Shown: piece by piece, positions 38,909 through 47,732 of the stretch
Layout: every line of letters starts with the position of its first letter
Numbering within the stretch: the first letter of the stretch is position 1
Source: Clostridia bacterium
Lineage (GTDB): Bacteria > Bacillota > Clostridia > RGIG8785
NCBI GenBank assembly: GCA_045655245.1
Contig: JAZOOX010000045.1
Coordinates: 1 to 59,820, forward strand
Length of the DNA: 59,820 nt
Direction of reading: 5' to 3'
The notes under the pieces: model-generated
Told to the model about the DNA's origin: nothing
The model's input: the letters and a program-made list of their open reading frames with translations, nothing else
Databases searched by the model: none
Program-made: the position numbers and the translations under genes

Positions 38909-41900
38909 ATGGCGAGAAAAATGAAGACCATGGACGGTAACAATGCTGCCGCTTGGGCGTCTTATGCATTTACCGACGTTGCGGCTATTTATCCCATTAC
39001 GCCGTCTTCGGTCATGGCAGAAGTAACTGACGAATGGGCGGTTGACCAGAGAAAGAATATTTTCGGACAACCCGTCAAGGTTGTTGAAATGCAGTCTGAA
39101 GCTGGTGCTGCCGGTGCAGTTCACGGCTCTTTGGCCGCAGGTGCTCTGACCACCACTTATACGGCTTCCCAGGGTCTGCTCCTGATGATTCCGAATATGT
39201 ACAAGATGGCTGGCGAGCTGTTGCCTTCGGTTATCCATGTAAGTGCTCGTTGTGTTGCTTCTCATGCACTGAACATTTTCGGTGATCACTCTGACGTTAT
39301 GGCTTGCCGTCAGACCGGTTATGCCCTCTTGTGTTCCAACAGCCCTCAAGAGGTTATGGACCTGGGTGCGATTGCCCACCTGGCTGCGATTAAAGGCAAG
39401 GTGCCTTTCCTGCATTTCTTTGACGGTTTCAGAACCTCTCACGAGATTGACAAGATTGAATGCTGGGACTATGATGATCTGAAGTCTTTGGTTGATATGG
39501 ATGCAGTTCGTGAATTCCGTGCTAACGCCTTGAATCCCGAACGCCCCGTTCTACGTGGTAGCGCTCAGAACCCCGACATCTTCTTCCAGAACCGCGAAGC
39601 TTGTAACACCTACTACAACAACGTTCCTGCTGTTGTAGAAGAATATATGAACAAAGTTAACGCAATGATCGGCACCAACTATCACCTGGTTGATTACTAT
39701 GGTGCACCCGATGCAGAAAAAGTTCTGGTTGCTATGGGTTCTGTTTGCGAAACCATCGAAGAAACCATCGATTATATGTTGGACAAGGGCGAAAAGGTCG
39801 GTTTGATCAAGATTCGCCTGTATCGTCCCTTCCCCGTAGAAGCGTTCTTGAATGCAGTTCCTGCTACTTGTAAGAAGATTGCCGTTCTGGATCGTACCAA
39901 GGAACCCGGTTCTATCGGCGAACCTCTGTATCTTGATGTTTGCGCTTGCTACAACGGCAAGACCGACGTTCCGATGATTATTGGCGGTCGTTACGGCCTT
40001 GGTTCTAAGGACACCATCCCTGCAGACATCATTGCTGCATACCGCAATCTGGACAGTGCCAACCCCGTTAAAGGCTTTACCCTTTCCATCGAGGACGATG
40101 TTACTCACCTGTCTCTGCCCAGAGTTGAAAACCCCGACACTTCTGCAGTCGGCAACACCTCTTGTAAGTTCTGGGGTCTGGGGTCTGACGGTACCGTTGG
40201 TGCAAACAAGAACTCCATCAAGATTATCGGTGACCACACCGACCTGTTTGCTCAGGCTTATTTCTCCTACGACTCCAAAAAGTCCGGCGGTATTACCGTT
40301 TCCCACCTGAGATTCGGTAAGAAGGCTATCAAGTCCACCTACCTGATTAACAAAGCAAACTTCGTTGCTTGCCACAACCCGTCCTACGTCGATAAGTACG
40401 ATATGGTTGAAGATTTGGTTCCCGGCGGTAGCTTCCTGCTGAACTGTGCTTGGGATGTGGAAGAACTGTCCAAGAGACTGCCCGCCAAGATGAAACGTTT
40501 CATCGCTGAAAACAACATTTCTCTCTACACCATTGATGCTATCGGCATCGCAAAAGACCTGGGTCTGGGCAACAAGACTTCCATCGTTTTACAGTCTGCA
40601 TTCTTCAAGATCGCCAACGTAATTCCTTTCGAAGATGCTGTTGGTTATATGAAAGATGCCGTTGTTAAGTCCTTTGGTGCCAAGGGTGAAAAGATTGTTG
40701 CTATGAACCATGCTGCAATTGCAGAAGGCGAAAAGAACATTAACAAGATCGACGTTCCCGCAGAATGGGCAACCGCCGAGGACGCTCCTGCCGCTGCAGC
40801 AGAAGTTCCCGCATATGTTAAGAATATTCTGGAGCCCTGCAACGCACAGAAAGGTGACAAGATTCCCGTTTCCACTTTCACCGACCGTGTTGACGGCCAT
40901 CTGCCTCAGGGTATGGCTGCTTACGAAAAACGCGGCATCGCCGTTGAGGTTCCCGAATGGATTCCCGAAAACTGCATCCAGTGTAACCAATGTTCCATCG
41001 TTTGCCCCCACGCTGTCATTCGTCCTATCGTTATGAATGCAGAAGAAGTTGCAAACGCACCCGCTAACTTAAAGCACAAGAAAATGATTGGCAAGGGTAT
41101 GGAAAACTACGAGTTCACCATGGCCATCACTGTTCTTGACTGTACCGGTTGCGGCAACTGTGCAAAAGTATGTCCCGCTAAGGAAAAAGCTTTGGTCATG
41201 AAACCTCTGGATACTCAGCGCGACCAACAACAGTGCTATGACTACGCAAGAAACGTTTCCGTTAAGGAAGATGTATTGGCTGGTCCTATCACTGTTAAGA
41301 CCTCTCAGTTCCGTCAGCCCTTACTGGAGTTCTCCGGCGCTTGTGCAGGTTGCGGTGAAACCCCTTATGCTAAGCTGATCACCCAGATCTGCGGTGACCG
41401 CGCTTATATCTCCAATGCTACCGGTTGTTCTTCCATCTGGGGTGGCAGTGCTCCTTCCACACCTTATACCGTAAACCATAAGGGTCACGGTCCCGCTTGG
41501 GCAAACTCCTTGTTCGAGGATAATGCTGAGCATGGTTTGGGTATGGCTATCGCCGCTAAGCAGTTACGTGAGCGTTTAAGAGATCAGATCGACGCCATCG
41601 ACTGTGCCGGCGTTAAGGAAGCTGCTGCTCTTTGGAAAGAAACTTACAACAACGGTGCTGAAAACGAAAAACCCACCGAGGCTCTTATCGCTGCTTTGGA
41701 AGCTTGTGGTTCTGAAGAAGCAAAGGCTGTTCTGGAAATGAAGGAATACCTGTCCAAGAAGGCTGTTTGGATCTTTGGTGGTGACGGTTGGGCATACGAT
41801 ATCGGCTTCGGCGGCTTAGATCACGTAATCGCTTCCGGCGAGGATATCAACATTATGGTATTTGATACCGAAGTTTACTCTAACACCGGCGGCCAGGCAT

Positions 41901-42403
41901 CCAAGGCTACTCCTACCGGTGCAGTTGCTCAGTTTGCTGCAGGCGGTAAGCCGATTAAAAAGAAGAGCCTTTCTGACATTGCAATGTCTTACGGCTATGT
42001 TTATGTTGCACAGGTTGCACTGGGTTATGATATGGCTCAGACCGTTAAGGCAATCAAGGAAGCCGAAGCTTACCACGGTCCTTCCATCATTATCGGTTAT
42101 GCACCTTGTATCAACCATGGTATCAAGGGCGGCATGACTGATACCCAGAGAATCATCAAGAACGCTGTTAAGGCAGGTTACTGGCATACCTTCCGCTTTG
42201 ACCCGATGTTGGCGGCAGAAGGCAAGAATCCTTTCCAAATGGATTCTAAGGAGCCTGATGCTTCGTACCGTGACTTTATCATGAACGAAGTTCGTTACAG
42301 CTCCTTGGCACGCAAGTTCCCTGAACGCGCTGAAGAACTCTTTACCGAAGCAGAAAAATCTGCAAAGGAAAAATATCAGCACTTCTCGGATCTGTCCAAA
42401 TAA
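38909..42403 (+). CDS. nifJ: Pyruvate:ferredoxin (flavodoxin) oxidoreductase, single-polypeptide type
   Basis: 1164 aa. N-terminus MDGNNAAAWASYAFTDVAAIYPITPSS, two ferredoxin-like 4Fe-4S motifs (CIQCNQCSIVCPH and CTGCGNCAKVCP), and the TPP domain GGDGWAYDIGFGGLDH. Confidence 0.96.
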   Translation: MARKMKTMDGNNAAAWASYAFTDVAAIYPITPSSVMAEVTDEWAVDQRKNIFGQPVKVVEMQSEAGAAGAVHGSLAAGALTTTYTASQGLLLMIPNMYKMAGELLPSVIHVSARCVASHALNIFGDHSDVMACRQTGYALLCSNSPQEVMDLGAIAHLAAIKGKVPFLHFFDGFRTSHEIDKIECWDYDDLKSLVDMDAVREFRANALNPERPVLRGSAQNPDIFFQNREACNTYYNNVPAVVEEYMNKVNAMIGTNYHLVDYYGAPDAEKVLVAMGSVCETIEETIDYMLDKGEKVGLIKIRLYRPFPVEAFLNAVPATCKKIAVLDRTKEPGSIGEPLYLDVCACYNGKTDVPMIIGGRYGLGSKDTIPADIIAAYRNLDSANPVKGFTLSIEDDVTHLSLPRVENPDTSAVGNTSCKFWGLGSDGTVGANKNSIKIIGDHTDLFAQAYFSYDSKKSGGITVSHLRFGKKAIKSTYLINKANFVACHNPSYVDKYDMVEDLVPGGSFLLNCAWDVEELSKRLPAKMKRFIAENNISLYTIDAIGIAKDLGLGNKTSIVLQSAFFKIANVIPFEDAVGYMKDAVVKSFGAKGEKIVAMNHAAIAEGEKNINKIDVPAEWATAEDAPAAAAEVPAYVKNILEPCNAQKGDKIPVSTFTDRVDGHLPQGMAAYEKRGIAVEVPEWIPENCIQCNQCSIVCPHAVIRPIVMNAEEVANAPANLKHKKMIGKGMENYEFTMAITVLDCTGCGNCAKVCPAKEKALVMKPLDTQRDQQQCYDYARNVSVKEDVLAGPITVKTSQFRQPLLEFSGACAGCGETPYAKLITQICGDRAYISNATGCSSIWGGSAPSTPYTVNHKGHGPAWANSLFEDNAEHGLGMAIAAKQLRERLRDQIDAIDCAGVKEAAALWKETYNNGAENEKPTEALIAALEACGSEEAKAVLEMKEYLSKKAVWIFGGDGWAYDIGFGGLDHVIASGEDINIMVFDTEVYSNTGGQASKATPTGAVAQFAAGGKPIKKKSLSDIAMSYGYVYVAQVALGYDMAQTVKAIKEAEAYHGPSIIIGYAPCINHGIKGGMTDTQRIIKNAVKAGYWHTFRFDPMLAAEGKNPFQMDSKEPDASYRDFIMNEVRYSSLARKFPERAEELFTEAEKSAKEKYQHFSDLSK

Positions 42404-42409
42404 TAACAA

Positions 42410-42490
42410 AAAGGAGACTCCGTTCGGGGTCTCTTTTTTCTTTTTCTCTTTTGAGGGAGAAGGGTGGCGAATGCCGCCCTTTTTTATTTT
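42410..42490 (+). terminator. Two tandem rho-independent terminators after the PFOR gene
   Basis: Hairpin 1 is gagactcc-gttc-ggggtctc plus T6 (42414..42439). Hairpin 2 is gggtggcg-aat-gccgccc plus T6 (42462..42486). Confidence 0.75.
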
Positions 42491-42548
42491 CACCAAAATT
42501 TTTATCACACATAAACTGATAGGGAAGAATGTTTGAAAATTACGGGAG

Positions 42549-42812
42549 ATGAACCAAGTGAAATATTATTATATTGTTTTTTCATCCATCACGCACGCGA
42601 TGCGGCTTGAAAAAAGAACAAAACAAATCGGCAAACGCAGCACTATTGTACGCACCCCCGCAGAATTTGCGATTGGCGGGTGCGGCTATTCGCTTCGTGT
42701 TGATTCTGAAGAATACGCGCGTTATATTTATCAGGAAGCAACTTTCCAAAATGCCAAACCACTTGCCTTATTTTCCATCGGTTTTGATGGCGAAGCGAGT
42801 CGCTTATTATGA
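42549..42812 (+). CDS. DUF3343-like small protein (putative S/Se carrier-like)
   Basis: 87 aa. YYYIVFSSITHAMRLEKRTKQ...VRTPAEFAIGGCGYSLRV resembles DUF3343. The start may instead be the GTG at 42558. ATGA overlap with the downstream desulfurase gene. Confidence 0.6.
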   Translation: MNQVKYYYIVFSSITHAMRLEKRTKQIGKRSTIVRTPAEFAIGGCGYSLRVDSEEYARYIYQEATFQNAKPLALFSIGFDGEASRLL

Positions 42813-43933
42813 TTTACCTTGACAACAGTGCAACGACGCTAATTAAACCTGAAGGCGTTTCCAAAGCAATGACAGAGGCTATGGGCAACGCAGGACGAGG
42901 CGGACATAAGCTTTCGTTAGATACCGCCCAGCGTATTTATTCTTGCAGAGAGACGATTTGTGATTTATTCGAAGCCCCTGCACCTGAAAATGTCATTTTT
43001 ACCAAAAACGGAACCGAGGCATTGAATCTCGCCATTCTTGGTAACGTAAATGAAAAAACGCATATTGTTTGTACTTCAATGGACCACAATGCGGTCATCC
43101 GCCCCTTGGTCGAGAGCGGGGTGGATTATACAGTTGTAAAAGCAGATCGAAAAGGGTTTATTAGTCCTTCAACCTTAAAAAGTGCTTTAAGACCGTCAAC
43201 CAAACTGCTTGTTTTGACACACGCATCGAATGTATGCGGAACGGTTCAAAACATCGAGGAACTCGCATCGTTAGCAAGAACCAACGGTACCGATGTTTTA
43301 GTGGATGCGGCACAAAGCGCAGGCGTTATTCCGCTTTCAATGTCCGCAACCAACATCGATTACCTTGCATTTTCAGGGCATAAAGGCCTGATGGGCCCGC
43401 AGGGCACCGGGGTCTTAATCCTCGGAAACAAAAAAAGGCCAAGACCTTTACAGTTTGGCGGGACGGGAAGTGTATCGGAAGACGTGAATCAACCCCTGTT
43501 TCTACCTGACCGTTATGAAAGCGGGACGCTTAACGGATGCGGAATTGCGGGTTTATCGGTCGCGGTACAATTTATTAAAAAAATTGGTGTTAAAGAAATT
43601 TGCGCGAAAAAGACGTTTCTTGTAAACCGTTTAATAGAAGGTCTTTTAAACATTGATAAGGTGATTTTTTACGGACCTACAGATGCATCCAAACGGGCGG
43701 ATGCCGTTGCATTTAATATAGAAGGTTGGGACTGTAATCTGTTAGGGTCGGTTTTGGAAGATGAGTTTGGGATTTGCGGACGAACGGGTCTGCACTGTGC
43801 TCCCTTGGCACACCAGACGGTAGGAAGTTTTGATTGCGGGGGAAGTGTACGCTTAAGCCCATCATATTTCACTACACTATCGGACATTGACCGCGCAATC
43901 TGGTGCGTTAATAATATCGCCAAAAGAAGATAA
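42809..43933 (+). CDS. Class V aminotransferase-fold cysteine desulfurase family protein
   Basis: 374 aa. IYLDNSATT, the PLP-lysine context FSGHKGLMGPQGTG, and a C-terminal GRTGLHCAP loop containing Cys. Confidence 0.82.
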   Translation: MIYLDNSATTLIKPEGVSKAMTEAMGNAGRGGHKLSLDTAQRIYSCRETICDLFEAPAPENVIFTKNGTEALNLAILGNVNEKTHIVCTSMDHNAVIRPLVESGVDYTVVKADRKGFISPSTLKSALRPSTKLLVLTHASNVCGTVQNIEELASLARTNGTDVLVDAAQSAGVIPLSMSATNIDYLAFSGHKGLMGPQGTGVLILGNKKRPRPLQFGGTGSVSEDVNQPLFLPDRYESGTLNGCGIAGLSVAVQFIKKIGVKEICAKKTFLVNRLIEGLLNIDKVIFYGPTDASKRADAVAFNIEGWDCNLLGSVLEDEFGICGRTGLHCAPLAHQTVGSFDCGGSVRLSPSYFTTLSDIDRAIWCVNNIAKRR

Positions 43934-44012
43934 GGGGCACTGCCCCTTTTTTACTTGTGTTTTTTTGCGTTTTATGTTACGATGATATTATCATTTATGC
44001 GAGGTGTCACAG

Positions 44013-44678
44013 ATGGACGGAAATATTGTACAACCCTATATCACCGAGTTCGTTCGCAATCTGATTCCCGAACATACAGGGTTATTGAAAGAGCTGGAGG
44101 ATTTTGCATCCGAGAACCATGTTCCGATCGTTTCTCCCGAAGTAGGACAGTTATTGTCAACGGTCGTTGAAATGAAGAAGCCCAAACGGATTTTAGAGAT
44201 CGGAACAGCAATCGGTTATTCCGGATTATTGATGAGTGTCGCCGCCCCTGATGCAGAAATAGTTACTTTGGAACTGCGAGAGGAATGGGCAGATATTGCC
44301 GAAGATAACTTTCGCAAAGCAGGAAAAGAGGGCCGAATCAAAATTGTTAGAGGGAATGCAGTTGAAACGCTAAATAGTGTTGAGGGGCCTTTTGATTTTA
44401 TTTTCCTGGATGCAGCAAAGGGGCAATATTTGGAATTTTACAAAGCCAGCATGCGGCTGTTAGAAAAAGGGGGCGTTATCTTTAGCGATAATGTTTTATA
44501 CCGCGGAATGGTTGCATCGCGAGCATTATTGATTCGCCGCAAGATTACCATCGTTAAGCGATTGCAAAAATATCTGAAGCAACTATCAACAGATGATCGA
44601 TTGACGACTGCTGTTTTGTCGGTCGGAGACGGTGTTGCAATTTCCTATCGAAAGGATGGTCGGGATGAAGAAACCTGA
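44013..44678 (+). CDS. Class I SAM-dependent O-methyltransferase, YrrM/TrmR-like
   Basis: O-methyltransferase family 3 layout with SAM motif ILEIGTAIGYSG and FDFIFLDAAKGQY. The ATG at 44013 follows RBS gaggtg. Confidence 0.8.
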   Translation: MDGNIVQPYITEFVRNLIPEHTGLLKELEDFASENHVPIVSPEVGQLLSTVVEMKKPKRILEIGTAIGYSGLLMSVAAPDAEIVTLELREEWADIAEDNFRKAGKEGRIKIVRGNAVETLNSVEGPFDFIFLDAAKGQYLEFYKASMRLLEKGGVIFSDNVLYRGMVASRALLIRRKITIVKRLQKYLKQLSTDDRLTTAVLSVGDGVAISYRKDGRDEET

Positions 44679-45882
44679 ATTATTAGCTCCTGCGGGGGAT
44701 TTGGAAAAGCTAAAAGCGGCGGTTCGTTACGGTGCCGACGCTGTTTATGTTGGAGACGAGTTTTTCAGTCTTCGGGCAGCAGCAAAGAACTTTAATGAAC
44801 ATGATTTGCAGGAAGGAGTCCGTTTTGCCCACGAACATGGCGTGAAAGTCTATCTTGCCGCAAACATTTTTCCGCATCAAGCAGACTTCGCTTTCCTTCC
44901 CAACGCAGTGACGGTTTGGAAAAACGCCGGGATTGATGCTGTTATTGTTTCTGATTTGGGTTTATTCTCTGCCATTAAAAAATTGGCTCCCAAATTAGAA
45001 ATACACATCAGCACACAGGCAAACAACGTCAATGCCGAAACCGTTAAAATGTGGCATTCGTTAGGAGCAAAGCGTGTGGTTCTTGCCCGCGAACTTTCCT
45101 TCGATGAGATTTGTTCCATCCGAAAAGAAGTTCCCGAAACTTGTGAATTAGAAATGTTCGTGCATGGTGCAATGTGCATATCGTATTCGGGTAGATGTTT
45201 GCTCAGCAATTATATGGCTGACCGTGACAGCAACAAAGGTGCCTGCGCGCAACCCTGCCGCTGGAACTACAGTCTGGTAGAAGAAAAACGCCCCAATGAG
45301 TTTTTTCCGGTATTCGAGGATGAACGAGGAACATATATTTTTAACTCCCGTGATTTGAATTTACTTCCTTTTTTGGAGCAAATTGTGCGTTCCGGAGTTT
45401 CTTCTTTGAAGATTGAAGGACGAGTTAAAAGCGAGTATTATGTTGCCAGTGTGGTTAAAGTATACCGCGAGGCAATTGATGCTTATTTTGACGACCCGGC
45501 AACGTTTGAACTCAAACAAGAATGGCTTGAAGAACTTAAAACCGTCAGCCACCGCGCTTACGGATCGGGATTCTTTGAACGAAAACCCGATCATAACGGT
45601 CAGATTTACGGCACATCTTCGTACATTCGTGACTACGAGGTTGTTGGTATGGTTATTGACTACCGTGACGGCGTTGCAACCATCGAACAACGGAACCGTT
45701 TTTTTAAAGGAGACGAAGTTGAATTTTTACCTTTTAAGGGTTCTGCGTTCATGCAGAAGGTAAACTGGCTAAAAGATGCTGACGGAAACCAAATTGATAC
45801 TGTTCCTCATCCGCAGATGCTTTTTTATATGCCTTGTGACCGTCCGATTGAACCCCATACTTTTCTGCGAAAAAAGAAGTGA
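44665..45882 (+). CDS. Peptidase U32-family protein (YrrO/TrhP-like)
   Basis: MKKPELLAPAGDLEKLKAAVRYGADAVYVG, ELEMFVHGAMCISYSGRCLLS, and CAQPCRW. The start overlaps the end of the methyltransferase gene. Confidence 0.85.
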   Translation: MKKPELLAPAGDLEKLKAAVRYGADAVYVGDEFFSLRAAAKNFNEHDLQEGVRFAHEHGVKVYLAANIFPHQADFAFLPNAVTVWKNAGIDAVIVSDLGLFSAIKKLAPKLEIHISTQANNVNAETVKMWHSLGAKRVVLARELSFDEICSIRKEVPETCELEMFVHGAMCISYSGRCLLSNYMADRDSNKGACAQPCRWNYSLVEEKRPNEFFPVFEDERGTYIFNSRDLNLLPFLEQIVRSGVSSLKIEGRVKSEYYVASVVKVYREAIDAYFDDPATFELKQEWLEELKTVSHRAYGSGFFERKPDHNGQIYGTSSYIRDYEVVGMVIDYRDGVATIEQRNRFFKGDEVEFLPFKGSAFMQKVNWLKDADGNQIDTVPHPQMLFYMPCDRPIEPHTFLRKKK

Positions 45883-45941
45883 ATATTTTTCTGATTGCGA
45901 AACATAATAAGACTGCAACAAATTTTGAAAGGAGTTTTATT

Positions 45942-46085
45942 ATGAACAATCAAGAAAAGAACAACCAGCAAAACCGTTCCGAGCAGAAGTTTCAGGATTC
46001 CAAAAACGTAAAGCAGGATTCTAAGAACAATCTGCAGGACAAGAAACAGAACGAGAAAAACGATAATCAGAACAAGCAGTATTAA
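45942..46085 (+). CDS. 47-aa N/Q/K-rich low-complexity hydrophilic protein
   Basis: ATG 8 nt after RBS aaaggag. Sequence: MNNQEKNNQQNRSEQKFQDSKNVKQDSKNNLQDKKQNEKNDNQNKQY. The listed start at 45879 lacks an RBS. Confidence 0.45.
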   Translation: MNNQEKNNQQNRSEQKFQDSKNVKQDSKNNLQDKKQNEKNDNQNKQY

Positions 46086-46139
46086 GGTAATATATTGACA
46101 AAAGGCATGGCGTTGGTGTAAACTAATGTCATGCCTTTT

Positions 46140-46214
46140 GTCTCCATAGTTCAAGGGATAGAATAGGATCCTCCTAAGATCTAGATGTAGGTTCGAGTCC
46201 TACTGGGGACGCCA
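46140..46214 (+). tRNA. tRNA-Arg (anticodon CCT)
   Basis: Cloverleaf by hand. Acceptor GTCTCCA/TGGGGAC, anticodon stem GGATC/GATCT, loop CTCCTAA, T-arm GTAGG-TTCGAGT-CCTAC, encoded CCA. Confidence 0.88.
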
Positions 46215-46246
46215 AAACCCGCACGTTATGTGCGGGTTTCTTTATC
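46215..46246 (+). terminator. Terminator after tRNA-Arg
   Basis: cccgcac-gttat-gtgcggg hairpin followed by TTTCTTT. Confidence 0.75.
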
Positions 46247-46375
46247 TAAAACCTGTATATCCAGAAAGCTGTATGATAAAATTGCCGTCAAAATAATTGT
46301 TAAAAATTTGATACGCCTTTTATTGCAAGGAAGAGCATATAATTTATAGTGCCGTAATTTTTGAAAGCAACATAA

Positions 46376-47134
46376 ATGACCGCTTTGGTATTGCAGAAAA
46401 AGGGGAGATCAAACATAAGACCGATTACAAAAACCAAACTTATTGCCCACCGTGGATTAAGTGGCTTTGAATGTGAAAATACTGCCGCCGCCTTTATCGC
46501 CGCAGGAAATCAAGATTATTTTGGTATCGAGACCGATCTGCGCCAAACCGCCGATGGAAAATTCGTGCTTCTTCACGATCATCAAACAGAGCGAATCGCC
46601 AATACAAACTTGGTGGTTGCCGACACCACCATTGCCGAACTGCAAGATTTGCGTTTAAAAGACTTGCCGCGTATGACGGGAGAGACCCATACCCATCTGC
46701 GTATTCCGTCTTTGGAAGAATACTTGTCAATTTGTAAGTATTATCGTAAAACCGCTGTTCTTGAAATTAAAATTCGGTTGACCCATACGCTGGCGCAAGA
46801 AATATTAAACATCGTTAAAGAAACGGGTATGGACAAAAATATCATCATTATCGACTTCACTTTTGACAATTTGGTGTTGCTTCGAAAACTCGCTCCCGAT
46901 ATGCCCATGCAATACCTGACAGGGGAGTACACCGATTCACTTATCAGCCGCCTCTCAGAGTACTGTTTGGATTTGGATATCTATTATCCCGCATTAGATC
47001 AAGAAATTGCTTCCAAGCTAAAAGAAAGCGGCATTTTGATTAATGTATGGACGGTGGATGACTTGGCAACCGCTAAAAAGTTTGCCGAATGGGGTGTTGA
47101 CTTCATTACCACAAACCGCATTTTATCACTCTGA
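46376..47134 (+). CDS. Glycerophosphodiester phosphodiesterase
   Basis: GDPD motifs IAHRGLSG, ENT and GIETDLRQTADGKFVLLHD. The RBS before the ATG at 46376 is weak, so the exact start is uncertain. Confidence 0.82.
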   Translation: MTALVLQKKGRSNIRPITKTKLIAHRGLSGFECENTAAAFIAAGNQDYFGIETDLRQTADGKFVLLHDHQTERIANTNLVVADTTIAELQDLRLKDLPRMTGETHTHLRIPSLEEYLSICKYYRKTAVLEIKIRLTHTLAQEILNIVKETGMDKNIIIIDFTFDNLVLLRKLAPDMPMQYLTGEYTDSLISRLSEYCLDLDIYYPALDQEIASKLKESGILINVWTVDDLATAKKFAEWGVDFITTNRILSL

Positions 47135-47186
47135 TCGTCGCCAAAAAACTTTCGCAAAAAAAGTTTAATAAAAATCAAAAAAAGTG

Positions 47187-47215
47187 TTGACAAATGCCAA
47201 TTCTTTTCGTATAAT
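47187..47215 (+). promoter_or_regulatory. SigmaA-type promoter of the tRNA Asp-Thr-Lys cluster
   Basis: TTGACA (47187..47192), a 17 nt spacer, then TATAAT (47210..47215). Confidence 0.7.
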
Positions 47216-47260
47216 AAGTGATGTCGCCGAAAGATTCCATGACAGGACGGGCGTCAATGT

Positions 47261-47337
47261 GGCCCGGTAGTTCAGTTGGTTAGAACGCTAGCCTGTCACG
47301 CTAGAGGTCGAGAGTTCGAGTCTCTTCCGGGTCGCCA
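47261..47337 (+). tRNA. tRNA-Asp (anticodon GTC)
   Basis: Cloverleaf by hand. Anticodon loop CCTGTCACG, T-loop GTTCGAGTC, encoded CCA. Identical to the copy at 59430..59506. Confidence 0.92.
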
Positions 47338-47340
47338 TTT

Positions 47341-47416
<76 letters not shown>

Positions 47417-47419
47417 TAT

Positions 47420-47495
47420 GCACCATTAGCTCAGTTGGTAGAGCACCTGACTCTTAATCAGGGTGTCCACGGTTCGAGCCCGTGATGGTGTACCA
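47420..47495 (+). tRNA. tRNA-Lys (anticodon CTT)
   Basis: Acceptor GCACCAT/ATGGTGT, anticodon loop CTCTTAA, T-loop GGTTCGAGCC, encoded CCA. Confidence 0.92.
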
Positions 47496-47497
47496 AA
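47469..47497 (+). repeat. Direct repeat copy 1 (29 bp, the 3' end of tRNA-Lys); att-like
   Basis: acggttcgagcccgtgatggtgtaccaaa is identical to 50243..50271. Confidence 0.9.
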
Positions 47498-47527
47498 AAT
47501 CCCCGTTCTTACGAACGGGGATTTTTA
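47496..47527 (+). terminator. Terminator after tRNA-Lys
   Basis: tccccgttc-ttac-gaacgggga hairpin followed by TTTTT. Confidence 0.8.
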
Positions 47528-47732
47528 CTTATTGCCTCTTCACTATTCTTTAAAATGTCTTTTAGATTTTGGAAAGTGATAGGTAATAGCAAATAAGGAA
47601 GTGGCATAGTACATACTCACCTGAATGAGTTGTATTTGATAAACAAGACCTTACACATGTTGAAAGTGCAGGAACTGGCGACCTTCTTGACTTTTGTCGA
47701 CATATTGTGTATGATAAAACCGAAGGGAGAGG

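Noticed and set aside
38813-39442. A 209-aa minus-strand ORF overlapping the PFOR promoter and 5' coding region.
   Set aside because: It is antisense to a very strongly supported CDS, has no RBS, and its composition (R/S/N/H-rich) is typical of a shadow frame.
39551-40375. A 274-aa minus-strand ORF inside the PFOR gene. The same applies to 41816..42508, 40589..41011 and 22587..23207 inside the acyl-CoA synthetase gene.
   Set aside because: These are antisense shadow ORFs inside long, motif-verified genes, with no independent start signals or recognisable domains.
45825-46154. A 109-aa minus-strand ORF, and the N-terminal extension (45879..45941) of the N/Q/K-rich ORF.
   Set aside because: The minus-strand ORF is the low-complexity complement of the AAN/CAR-rich region and runs into the tRNA-Arg gene. 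The plus-strand extension lacks an RBS, whereas the ATG at 45942 has aaaggag.
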